Under the pieces are notes generated by a model. That model saw nothing but the letters and a program-made list of their open reading frames with translations, ran no database searches and was not told the origin of the DNA. A stretch of 26,798 nucleotides of DNA from a virus (lineage: Duplodnaviria; Caudoviricetes), in IMG/VR virus record IMGVR_UViG_3300048895_000111, positions 1-26,798 of that record; one strand, written 5' to 3'. A program made the translations under genes and the position numbers. Each line of letters begins with the position of its first letter. The first letter of the stretch is position 1. Positions 8,659-15,659 of the stretch are shown piece after piece.

Positions 8659-8970
8659 CGATGATCCTCGTCACGGCGGAGCCGACGATGATCCTCGTCT
8701 CGGCGGCGCAGCCGCACGACGATCGTCGCCGACGATCCTCCGGCCCCCCGGTCCAAGCGGACGATCCTCGTCCTCCGGCGGGCCGGGGTGGGGCGGCGTC
8801 TCGCCGGACGATCCTCGTCGGCGGGCGGCGTGACGAGGATCGTCCGGCGGCTCCGCGGCCGACGGCCTGCTCCGGCGGGCCTCCGCCCGGACGATCGTCC
8901 TCGGCGCAGCGGCGTCGCCGCGGAGCCGCAGATCCCGGACAGGACGGCGTCTCTCGCCCGCAGCGATCGT
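8659..8970. repeat. Non-coding GACGATC(C/G)TCGTC repeat block (10 GATC sites) including a perfect 18-bp inverted repeat (8802-8819 / 8832-8849)
   Basis: GATC at 8663, 8690, 8721, 8734, 8763, 8810, 8838, 8893, 8931 and 8965; overlapping ORFs are low-complexity and Arg/Pro-rich. Confidence 0.85.
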
Positions 8971-9030
8971 GGCGGCGGTGCCCGCGGACGGTTCGTCGGC
9001 GAGGCCGCTCCACCGCGACGCCGCGCCCCG

Positions 9031-9190
9031 TCGTAAGCCGACTCGTAAGCCGACTCGCGCCGTCGTACCGACGTCGTAAGCCGACTCCTGTACAGGTACA
9101 CAGGTACGCGTCCTACGCCTCAATCCGTCCTTCTGCAAATCCAGAACAGGCTCTTGCAGAACGCCGCACGCTAGGCGCATCGTAAGCCGA
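9031..9190 (+). repeat. TCGTAAGCCGAC repeats (9031, 9043, 9074; 11/12 copy at 9180)
   Basis: Three exact 12-mers, two of them tandem, plus one 11-nt match. Confidence 0.85.
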
Positions 9191-9249
9191 GTTCAGGGCT
9201 GACATTTGAGCCTAGCAGCACGTACCCGCAAGACGTCCCCGCGGACTCA

Positions 9250-9484
9250 TGCGGGTACGGGTACACGGGTACGTTCGTCAGTTGGGTTGTACCCGCATGA
9301 CGCGAGACGATAGGAAGGATCGGGGTCCAGAACCGAAAACCTGAACAATGGCGTGTCATTGGAATGTCTTTAGATACCCCTCCGGCTAGCAAGAAGACTA
9401 CTAGCCACGCGCTAGGCTACGACTTCTTTCATCCAATGCGGGTACAACCCAACTGACGAACGTACCCGTGTACCCGTACCCGCA
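9250..9484. repeat. Perfect 49-bp inverted repeat (9250-9298 / 9436-9484) built from CGGGTAC/GTACCCG units, 137-bp spacer
   Basis: Reverse complement checked base by base; extra GTACCCGCAAGACG direct copies at 9222 and 9476, and TGCGGGTAC at 9501. Confidence 0.9.
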
Positions 9485-9535
9485 AGACGATCACCCGCCC
9501 TGCGGGTACGCCCGAAAAGACCCTCCTCCAACCCC

Positions 9536-9564
9536 TTGTCCAGTGATAGGCGGTGTGCTACGAT
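9536..9564 (+). promoter_or_regulatory. SigA-like promoter TTGTCC-N17-TACGAT with extended -10 TG
   Basis: Hexamers at exact 17-bp spacing, preceded by AACCCC like the copies at 9627 and 24986. Confidence 0.65.
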
Positions 9565-9626
9565 CAACCCCCCATCCACCCCGATCCACTATTGCAAATC
9601 AGTGGAGCAAAACACCGTCAAAACCC

Positions 9627-9670
9627 TTGGTTCGGACGCTCACCCCTGCTAGGCTAGCCTCTAGGCAGCC
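9627..9670 (+). promoter_or_regulatory. SigA-like promoter TTGGTT-N17-TAGGCT plus conserved TAGGCAGC
   Basis: Member of the repeated GCTAGGCTAGCC promoter family; GAGAAAGG RBS before ATG 9712. Confidence 0.7.
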
Positions 9671-9711
9671 CACCAAGGGGAGGCCGATACCAGAAGAGAA
9701 AGGTTGGTCCC

Positions 9712-10155
9712 ATGACCACCAGCACGAAGACCCAGAAGTCCACCCCGGCTCCGGCCAAGCGCACCGCCGCGAAGCCGAAGGCGGAGACCCCCGCCGAGGC
9801 CCCCGCCGCCAAGAAGGCGACGGTCCCGGCCAAGCCCGCGTACCGCGACGTGGAGGGCTTCGCCGAGGCCCTGAAGTCGGCCAAGGCGGCGGCCAAGGGG
9901 AACACGGACGTCACCCAGGCGCTCCAGTTGGTCACCCACCTCGCGTGGAAGACCCCCGGCGGAAACGTCGGCTGGGCCAAGGGGACCACGCCGAACGTCG
10001 TGGCCTACGCCGACGACATGGCGATCCCGGAGGGCACGTCCATCCCGGACGCGCTGGCCGCTGCGCTCGCGGCCGCGGACAAGGGTGCGGCCGACAAGCC
10101 GCAGAAGGACGCGCTCTCCGTCCTCACCAAGGTGGTCAAGGCGCACGCTGCCTGA
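9712..10155 (+). CDS. THLAW-motif protein with Lys/Ala/Pro-rich (histone-like) N-terminal tail
   Basis: Strong RBS and strongly GC3-biased codons; first gene after tandem promoters. Confidence 0.85.
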   Translation: MTTSTKTQKSTPAPAKRTAAKPKAETPAEAPAAKKATVPAKPAYRDVEGFAEALKSAKAAAKGNTDVTQALQLVTHLAWKTPGGNVGWAKGTTPNVVAYADDMAIPEGTSIPDALAAALAAADKGAADKPQKDALSVLTKVVKAHAA

Positions 10156-10163
10156 TCCACCCC

Positions 10164-10201
10164 GCGTGGACGTCCCCGCTGGGGGGTGGGGACGTCCACG
10201 C
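10164..10201 (+). terminator. 14-bp hairpin after stop codon (terminator or stability hairpin)
   Basis: GCGTGGACGTCCCC / GGGGACGTCCACGC; no U-tract. Confidence 0.55.
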
Positions 10202-10203
10202 TA

Positions 10204-10269
10204 GCCCGACTGGCAGACACCCGGAGTTCGAGTCCCGGGCGGGCGCTAGGCGAGAGATTGGCTCTCGCC
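10204..10269 (+). ncRNA. tRNA-like T-loop leader element, copy 2, plus downstream hairpin
   Basis: GCCCG-actggcagaca-CCCGGaG-TTCGAGT-CCCGGG-CGGGC, then GGCGAGAG/CTCTCGCC, then RBS. Confidence 0.7.
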
Positions 10270-10284
10270 ACGAAGGAGGAACAG

Positions 10285-10677
10285 ATGACGTACGACGAGT
10301 TCATCGCCGAGCAGGAGCGGATGTGCGGGTCCAGCGTGACCCTCGGCGGCAGCGACCCCTACGGGGCGACCTGCGAGTTGGACAGCGGGCACCGCGGACC
10401 TCACGTCAGCGCCAACCCGTTCGGCGGGGACGGGGTTTACGAGTGGAGCGGCGGAGGGTACTGCGCCGGAGACCCGCTGCCCGTCCGGGGTGCTCGCTTC
10501 CTGGAGCGGGCCTGCGATCGCGAGTTCGGCCCGCACGAGCACGACAACGCCGAGTGCGAGCGGATGCTCGACACGATGAACGGCGGCGGGGACGACGGCT
10601 CCTGGCTGGCCGACGCGCTGAACCGTGAGGCCGAGGAGGGTATGCTCGGTCGGCCGCTGATGCCCAACGAGTACTGA
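10285..10677 (+). CDS. Hypothetical Cys/His-rich protein (C...GHRGPH)
   Basis: AAGGAGG RBS before ATG 10285 (MTYDEF...). Confidence 0.75.
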   Translation: MTYDEFIAEQERMCGSSVTLGGSDPYGATCELDSGHRGPHVSANPFGGDGVYEWSGGGYCAGDPLPVRGARFLERACDREFGPHEHDNAECERMLDTMNGGGDDGSWLADALNREAEEGMLGRPLMPNEY

Positions 10678-10684
10678 GATGGAA

Positions 10685-10749
10685 GCCCGAGCGGAACACT
10701 CCCAGGTTCAAGTCCTGGGCGGGCACGAGGCCGGGGATCAGCCCCAGCC
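10685..10749 (+). ncRNA. tRNA-like T-loop leader element, copy 3, plus downstream hairpin
   Basis: GCCCG-agcggaacact-CCCAGG-TTCAAGT-CCTGGG-CGGGC-acga-hairpin, then RBS. Confidence 0.7.
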
Positions 10750-10768
10750 AGCACAGAGGAGAACGAGA

Positions 10769-11278
10769 ATGGAACAGCAGTTCAGCATCGGCGAGTGGGT
10801 CGAGCGGATCTTCGACGGCAAGGTCGGCGTGGTGAAGAGGGTCCAGCCGGGGGTCGGAGACGCCGAGGGCGACTTCTACTTCTACGTGGACCTGGACCCG
10901 CAGCGGAGGGTCAAGGCCGCGGACGAAGACCTCTGGGCCGGAACCACCGGCGCGTGGCGAACCCACTTCCGCGTGCACGCGCACGTGGAGACCAGCAGCC
11001 GCGACTGCGACGGGGACTACTCCGGAGGCCACGTCGACGACATGACCATCCAGGAGCGATGCGACCAGTTCGGCGACCTGCACTTCAAGGAGCGAGTCCT
11101 GGGCAACGTGGTCAGCCTCCACGGGGAGGGGACCCTCGAGGTCTCGCCCACCGGGCTCCACTGGCACGAGCAGACGGAGGAGGGCTACCGCCGCGCCGAC
11201 GTCACGTGGTGCGAGGACGACTGCCCCGACGAGCGCCCGTGGCAGCGCGACCACCGCGCAGAGAGCATGGGGTACTGA
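10769..11278 (+). CDS. Hypothetical protein (SH3/KOW-like N-terminus)
   Basis: GAGGAG RBS; FSIGEWVERIFDGKVGVVKRV. Confidence 0.75.
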   Translation: MEQQFSIGEWVERIFDGKVGVVKRVQPGVGDAEGDFYFYVDLDPQRRVKAADEDLWAGTTGAWRTHFRVHAHVETSSRDCDGDYSGGHVDDMTIQERCDQFGDLHFKERVLGNVVSLHGEGTLEVSPTGLHWHEQTEEGYRRADVTWCEDDCPDERPWQRDHRAESMGY

Positions 11279-11280
11279 TC

Positions 11281-11625
11281 ATGAGGACCCTAGCCGCCGC
11301 CGCGCTCACCGCCCTGCTGCTCGCCGCTCCAGTGGCCGCTGAGGGGGCCTCACAGCCCGCTGAGGCGTCCGCCAGGACCGCACCGGCCCCCGCTGACCCC
11401 GTGTTCCCACGGGGCCTCCCAGCCGCGCCGAGCGAAGACTCGTGCTACGCCTATCGCTGCGTGTGGGACGCGAGGCACATGGGGAACGGGCGAGGTCACT
11501 CCCTGATCCTCACCCGGTTCCACGGGGACTTCATCGGCAAGCAGATCACGCACCGCCGAGCCCACCGCCTGCTGGACGCGTGGTGCGCCCGACCGAGCGT
11601 AGGCTGCATCGGCTACGAGGACTGA
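11281..11625 (+). CDS. Secreted or membrane-anchored protein (signal peptide; CxWDAxxxGNGxGxS)
   Basis: MRTLAAAALTALLLAAPVAA signal-like N-terminus; motif common in actinophage exported proteins. Confidence 0.7.
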   Translation: MRTLAAAALTALLLAAPVAAEGASQPAEASARTAPAPADPVFPRGLPAAPSEDSCYAYRCVWDARHMGNGRGHSLILTRFHGDFIGKQITHRRAHRLLDAWCARPSVGCIGYED

Positions 11626-11633
11626 GCACCACC

Positions 11634-11698
11634 GCCCGAGCGGCACACTCCGGAGTTCGAGTCTCCGGCGGGCACGAGGCGAGGGACCAGCCCCCGCC
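11634..11698 (+). ncRNA. tRNA-like T-loop leader element, copy 4, plus downstream hairpin
   Basis: GCCCG-agcggcacact-CCGGAG-TTCGAGT-CTCCGG-CGGGC-acga-hairpin, then RBS. Confidence 0.7.
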
Positions 11699-11717
11699 AG
11701 CACAGGAAGGAAAGTTG

Positions 11718-11903
11718 ATGGCACGCACGAAGGACAGCGCGACCACCGAACTCGCGGTGGCCCACGCCGCCTTGATGTTCATTGCCGCGAAGGGGTTGAC
11801 CGATGAGTTCTACGGCAGCGGCGCGCTCACCGGAAGACTCTGTACCGAGAGGTGCAGCCACACCGACGACCTGCTCGCCGTGAAGGAGACGACCAATGGC
11901 TGA
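11718..11903 (+). CDS. Hypothetical protein (MARTKDS...)
   Basis: AGGAAGGA RBS before ATG 11718; overlaps the next start. Confidence 0.7.
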   Translation: MARTKDSATTELAVAHAALMFIAAKGLTDEFYGSGALTGRLCTERCSHTDDLLAVKETTNG

Positions 11904-12159
11904 CGACAAGGATGAGCCGAAGGCCGAGGAGCAGCCGCCGCGCAGCCTTCACCACCGGATCTACCCGTACATGGACGAGATGGTCCAGTACGCCACCGAG
12001 CGGGCGGACGACCTGTCCGACCCGGACGCAAGGCCCTGGATCGTTCGGGACCGGAGCACCGCGCTCCGCAACGAGCGGCAGGGGCGGGGGCGAGCACTCG
12101 TCAGGGTGTGGATCCCCACCTCGTGGGAGTACGTCAACGTCGAGGAGGAGGACAAGTGA
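11896..12159 (+). CDS. Hypothetical protein
   Basis: AAGGAG RBS; coupled to neighbours. Confidence 0.7.
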   Translation: MADDKDEPKAEEQPPRSLHHRIYPYMDEMVQYATERADDLSDPDARPWIVRDRSTALRNERQGRGRALVRVWIPTSWEYVNVEEEDK

Positions 12160-12242
12160 GGTACACGATCTGGGAGTTGCTCTTGTGGGCCGTCATCCTC
12201 GGCGGCGTGGCCGCGCTTCTGCTCTGGGCGTGGTTCGCATGA
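12156..12242 (+). CDS. 28-aa single-pass membrane protein (MRYTIWELLLWAVILGGVAALLLWAWFA)
   Basis: GTGA and ATGA overlaps on both sides; GAGGAGG RBS; below the ORF-track cutoff. Confidence 0.7.
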   Translation: MRYTIWELLLWAVILGGVAALLLWAWFA

Positions 12243-12556
12243 GTTACTGCGAAGACTATCCGTGCTGCGGACACACCCCGCAGGACCCGTGCGAGCGCCA
12301 GCCGTACGACGAGCCGGGCTACTACGACACGACCGTCCGCGGACAGGAGCACCGACTCTGCGACCACGAGAACGGCGAGTGCAACGTGGAGTACGACGAG
12401 GAGGACTACGAGTGCGAGGAGTTCAACGTCGTCAGGCAGGGGATGTGCAAGGCCACGCTGGATGACCGAGGCGACTGCCCCGATCAACTCGAGCACGGTG
12501 ACGAGTTCACGGACGTACGCTCCCTGGAGATCAGCGACAGGTGGTATCCGCGATGA
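12239..12556 (+). CDS. Acidic Cys-rich protein (CEDYPCCGH)
   Basis: ATGA-coupled start MSYCEDYPCCGH; C-terminal part of track ORF 11852-12556. Confidence 0.7.
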   Translation: MSYCEDYPCCGHTPQDPCERQPYDEPGYYDTTVRGQEHRLCDHENGECNVEYDEEDYECEEFNVVRQGMCKATLDDRGDCPDQLEHGDEFTDVRSLEISDRWYPR

Positions 12557-12906
12557 GTGAGCGCATGACGTGGGGCCTGATCTGGGTCGACACGGACGGG
12601 CAGTTCTACGTCCAGAACAGCCAGAGTCTGGAGCAGGCGCTGACCTCGGAGCGGATCGCCTCGGGCAGCGGGCTGCCGGCGATGCTGTTCTCGAACCGCG
12701 AGTTCATCCATCGGGTCACGCACCCCGACGAGCAGATGGTCGAGCAAGCCTGCGAGGTGATGCACGACGCCTACGAGCAGGCCGCGCTCGGGGCCGGATG
12801 GGAGACGAACCCCGCCAGCCGGAAGCCGTGGGCCGACGTGCCCGAGGCGAACAAGGCGACCATGCGCGCAGCGGTGATCGCTCTTCTGGGGTGGCTCGAT
12901 GAGTGA
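12553..12906 (+). CDS. Hypothetical protein (HDAYE...PWADVPEANK)
   Basis: ATGA overlap; recurring phage motif. Confidence 0.7.
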   Translation: MSERMTWGLIWVDTDGQFYVQNSQSLEQALTSERIASGSGLPAMLFSNREFIHRVTHPDEQMVEQACEVMHDAYEQAALGAGWETNPASRKPWADVPEANKATMRAAVIALLGWLDE

Positions 12907-13123
12907 AGTGCCGGTGCCTCCTCTCGACAACAACGAGCCGAACAGCGCCTACTGGAAGGAGCGCGAGGCAAAGATGCAGGACATCACGGCTCCTGAGCAC
13001 GGGGTCGAGATCGAGATCCGCGAAGACGGCACCGTGATCTGGGTACACGTGAACGGCGTCACCGCCCTGCGGATCTGTCGCATTCCGTACCTCGTACTCA
13101 CCGACCACCGAAGGACGCAGTGA
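12899..13123 (+). CDS. Hypothetical protein
   Basis: Overlapping start; DGTVIWVHVNG...LRI motif. Confidence 0.7.
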   Translation: MSEVPVPPLDNNEPNSAYWKEREAKMQDITAPEHGVEIEIREDGTVIWVHVNGVTALRICRIPYLVLTDHRRTQ

Positions 13124-13284
13124 TGGGCATCGACTTCGAGGAGTTGGCCGCGTCCATCGAGAACATGCGGGAGATCTTCAGGGCGATGGTGGCCGGGCTC
13201 ATGGACGACGGCTTCACCGAAGAGCAGGCACGGGCGCTCGTCGTGGAGATCACCACACGGAAGGTGGACGACGATGATGAGTGA
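13123..13284 (+). CDS. Hypothetical protein with GFTEEQA motif (53 aa)
   Basis: TGATG coupling; my translation MGIDFEELAASIENMREIFRAMVAGLMDDGFTEEQARALVV...; below the track cutoff. Confidence 0.7.
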   Translation: MGIDFEELAASIENMREIFRAMVAGLMDDGFTEEQARALVVEITTRKVDDDDE

Positions 13285-13474
13285 GACGCACGACGAGGCC
13301 GAGGTGATGTTGCGCCATGCCTCCGACGTCAGCCTGCTCCGGACCTTCGCCGCCCTGACCCACCGGCTGCACGTCGCCGACCGGAAGGCGGCAGGCCCGA
13401 TCATCCGCTCGCAGCGTGACCGAGTGGAGGCTGAGATCCTAGGGAGGATGCGCCATGAGCGACACGCTCCATGA
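13277..13474 (+). CDS. Hypothetical protein
   Basis: Fills the gap in a tightly packed operon; start 13274 or 13277. Confidence 0.6.
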   Translation: MSETHDEAEVMLRHASDVSLLRTFAALTHRLHVADRKAAGPIIRSQRDRVEAEILGRMRHERHAP

Positions 13475-13718
13475 GTCCCACCGCTGGGGTACACGCGACG
13501 GCGTGCCCCTCTGCCTGGACTGCCGGGTGGAGGGGTTCGAGGACGAGCCGGATGCGTTTGACGTGTGCCTGGGTCCGCCCGTGAAGAAGCCGTACTGCAA
13601 CGCGGCGATGCCGTCCCGGGACGATCCCGATCACGTGCATCGGTGCTTCGGCGGGCACACCACGGGAGATCATATGTGCCGGTCCCCAGACTGCGCCCGC
13701 TGGTTCGGTAAGCGATGA
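13455..13718 (+). CDS. Cys/His-rich putative Zn-binding protein
   Basis: GGAGG RBS; HRW...CLDC and several C/H clusters. Confidence 0.65.
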   Translation: MSDTLHESHRWGTRDGVPLCLDCRVEGFEDEPDAFDVCLGPPVKKPYCNAAMPSRDDPDHVHRCFGGHTTGDHMCRSPDCARWFGKR

Positions 13719-13996
13719 AGGAGTCGCGGGTCGAGAAGGTGCTCGGCTGGGAGGTCAAGGGACGAGGCGGCTGGGCGATCAAGTTCCTGCCGTCAGTGTC
13801 CGGGCTGCCGGACCGGATCGTCCTCCTTCCTGGCGGGAGAGTGATCTTCGTGGAGACCAAGTCCCCGACGGGAACCGTGGCTCCGCACCAGACCGTCGTC
13901 CACAATCGCCTTCGCCGGCTCGGCTTCGAGGTCATCGTACTGTCGTCAACCGACGCCGTGCGGGAGTGGGTAAAAGGACTGGACTCCCCCGGCTAG
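13715..13996 (+). CDS. VRR-NUC domain nuclease
   Basis: MKESRVEK...GLPDRIVLLPGGRVIFVETKSP...Q...LGFEV; classic single-domain phage VRR-NUC. Confidence 0.92.
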   Translation: MKESRVEKVLGWEVKGRGGWAIKFLPSVSGLPDRIVLLPGGRVIFVETKSPTGTVAPHQTVVHNRLRRLGFEVIVLSSTDAVREWVKGLDSPG

Positions 13997-14026
13997 CCTA
14001 GCGATGTCTAACCTGCTAGGCTAGCC
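13991..14026. promoter_or_regulatory. Palindromic promoter/operator GGCTAGCCTAGC-N12-GCTAGGCTAGCC
   Basis: Perfect 12-bp inverted arms; gives TAGCCT-N17-TAGGCT on both strands. Confidence 0.7.
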
Positions 14027-14063
14027 ATAGGCAGCCCACAAGGGGTCGCCAGGAAAGGAAGAC

Positions 14064-14234
14064 ATGAACGAGTGCAAGCGCCTCATCCTCATCGCTACCG
14101 ACACCACCCCGGATCGCGTGACGTGCAGTCACCCCGAGGGTCACTCCGGGCCGCACATCGGCACGCTGCTTGACGGACGCCAGTACGAGTGGACCCTCCC
14201 GCGTGGGGAAGCCGCGCTCGGCCACTTCGTGTAA
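14064..14234 (+). CDS. Small protein with C...GHSGPH motif (56 aa)
   Basis: GAAAGGA RBS; my translation MNECKRLILIATDTTPDRVTCSHPEGHSGPHIG...; lies between two promoter repeats. Confidence 0.7.
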   Translation: MNECKRLILIATDTTPDRVTCSHPEGHSGPHIGTLLDGRQYEWTLPRGEAALGHFV

Positions 14235-14251
14235 AAGAACTGGACCCTCCC

Positions 14252-14287
14252 GGCTAGCCTAGCGACGTTCAACCTGCTAGGCTAGCC
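14252..14287. promoter_or_regulatory. Palindromic promoter/operator, copy 2 (N12 spacer)
   Basis: Same 12-bp arms; followed by TAGGCAAC, a leader hairpin and GAGAAAGG. Confidence 0.7.
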
Positions 14288-14339
14288 GTAGGCAACGCAC
14301 GCGGGGGGAGGTCCTCCGCGAAGAAGAGAAAGGCTAGCC

Positions 14340-14633
14340 ATGACTGACAACCCGTGGATCCAAAGCAAGCACGGCCCGCTCCTGGAGAAGATGGTGAGGG
14401 AGCACGGCGACTCCCTCAAGGAGCGCTACCACACCGAGGACGTGTACTTCGCTATCTGGCTGCACGCGCTCAACCGCGCAGTCCAACGGCGGGTGCTGGT
14501 CTCCTTCGACGACCTGGAGGACTGGGACTACTGGTCGAACTACGACGCGGGTATGTCCCCGGTGGACGCGGCCAAGGAGATGCTGGCCGACAACGGCTGG
14601 GACGACGCCTACGACGTGGACGTGATCGGATGA
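14340..14633 (+). CDS. Hypothetical protein (DLEDWDY...YDAGMSP)
   Basis: GAGAAAGG RBS; recurring phage motif. Confidence 0.75.
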   Translation: MTDNPWIQSKHGPLLEKMVREHGDSLKERYHTEDVYFAIWLHALNRAVQRRVLVSFDDLEDWDYWSNYDAGMSPVDAAKEMLADNGWDDAYDVDVIG

Positions 14634-15010
14634 ACGCCTGCCAGCACGAGGCCGGGATGGTGCCCAACGACGCGGCGGGCACCTGGGAGTGCGAACTCGG
14701 CTGCGGCTACTCGGTCCCGCCCACGCACCGCTACAGAGTGTCCGTCAACGTGACGGCAGACGACGCGACCGGCGCAGCGCGCATGGTCGGCGAGGCTCTG
14801 GGGTTCGACCAGAACTCGGTACACGAGATCGGGGGACTCTCGGTCGACCTTCTCCCCGACGAGAAGCGGTTCCTCGTCTGCCGGGGCTGCGGCGAGGCCT
14901 GCGACGGCATTATCTCCGCGACCGAGCACGGGGTCTCGGACGTGTCCGGGTGCGGGGGCTGGTGTGGCGAAGAGGGATTCGACATCGTCCCCGAGAGCGA
15001 GGCGTACTGA
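14630..15010 (+). CDS. Cys-rich hypothetical protein
   Basis: ATGA-coupled start MNACQHE... Confidence 0.7.
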   Translation: MNACQHEAGMVPNDAAGTWECELGCGYSVPPTHRYRVSVNVTADDATGAARMVGEALGFDQNSVHEIGGLSVDLLPDEKRFLVCRGCGEACDGIISATEHGVSDVSGCGGWCGEEGFDIVPESEAY

Positions 15011-15011
15011 T

Positions 15012-15158
15012 ATGAACCTCGCGGCAGACCTGGAGTACTACCTGGACCGCAAGCCCACCTTCGCGGAGATCGCGGAGGCGGAGGAGTGGCAGCAGGATCA
15101 CCCCGGAACCAACCTCGCCGAGTACGTCGAGGCCATGATCGAGATCGGAGCATTGTGA
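15012..15158 (+). CDS. Small hypothetical protein (MNLAADLEYY...)
   Basis: Starts just after the previous stop; TGATG coupling downstream. Confidence 0.65.
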   Translation: MNLAADLEYYLDRKPTFAEIAEAEEWQQDHPGTNLAEYVEAMIEIGAL

Positions 15159-15346
15159 TGGACGAGACAACCGAGTGGACCACCGCGCAGATGCAGGAGG
15201 AGTTCGAGGTCAAGGGCTTCGCGATGGGCCTCTGTGTCGTGAGGCGGAAGGCTGACAACGTGCTCGGGTCGCTGACCTTCCACGCCAGAGTGGACGACGA
15301 GGGCGACATCCGCCGCATCTACACCGGATGGACGGAGGACAAGTGA
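15158..15346 (+). CDS. Hypothetical protein (EFEVKGF...VRRKAD..GSL.F)
   Basis: TGATG-coupled; recurring small-protein motif. Confidence 0.7.
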   Translation: MDETTEWTTAQMQEEFEVKGFAMGLCVVRRKADNVLGSLTFHARVDDEGDIRRIYTGWTEDK

Positions 15347-15483
15347 AGAGGAAGGCCACGTGTGAGGAGTGCGGGCGCACCTTCTACCTGACCATCGTTG
15401 ACGCCGACGGCGTGCTGATCGGCGGCGAGTGTACCTGCGGATACTACGTCACTCGCTACATGCCCGGACAGGAGCCGAAGTGA
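15343..15483 (+). CDS. Small zinc-ribbon protein (CEECG...CTCG)
   Basis: GGAGG RBS; GTGA overlaps on both sides; below the track cutoff. Confidence 0.65.
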   Translation: MKRKATCEECGRTFYLTIVDADGVLIGGECTCGYYVTRYMPGQEPK

Positions 15484-15659
15484 ACCTGGAGGATATGGAG
15501 GACGACTTGGTCAAGGTCATCGTCCACAGGTCCATCGCCCACGCCGAGAACATCCTGGTCATGCTCCGGCAGCACGAGATCGCAGGGCTTGACCACGCCA
15601 CCAGCATCCGCACTCTCCACAGGGAGTTCATCGCCAAAGGAGTGGACCTTCCCGGCTAG
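15480..15659 (+). CDS. Hypothetical protein
   Basis: GTGA overlap and AGGAG RBS; ends inside the promoter repeat. Confidence 0.6.
   Translation: MNLEDMEDDLVKVIVHRSIAHAENILVMLRQHEIAGLDHATSIRTLHREFIAKGVDLPG

Noticed and set aside
8226-9185. ORFs overlapping the repeat block (8661-9185 +, 8226-9101 -, 8498-9013 -, 8671-9180 -)
   Set aside because: Low-complexity Arg/Pro/Gly translations of DNA repeats, downstream of a terminator, with no convincing RBS.
9468-10628. 386-aa plus-strand ORF spanning promoters and two genes
   Set aside because: Off-frame read-through of 9712-10155 and 10285-10677, crossing promoter and hairpin elements.
10204-11673. GTTCGAGTC motifs as true tRNA genes or attP cores
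   Set aside because: Only ~40 nt, no anticodon arm or CCA, four divergent copies and no integrase in the window; kept as tRNA-like elements instead.
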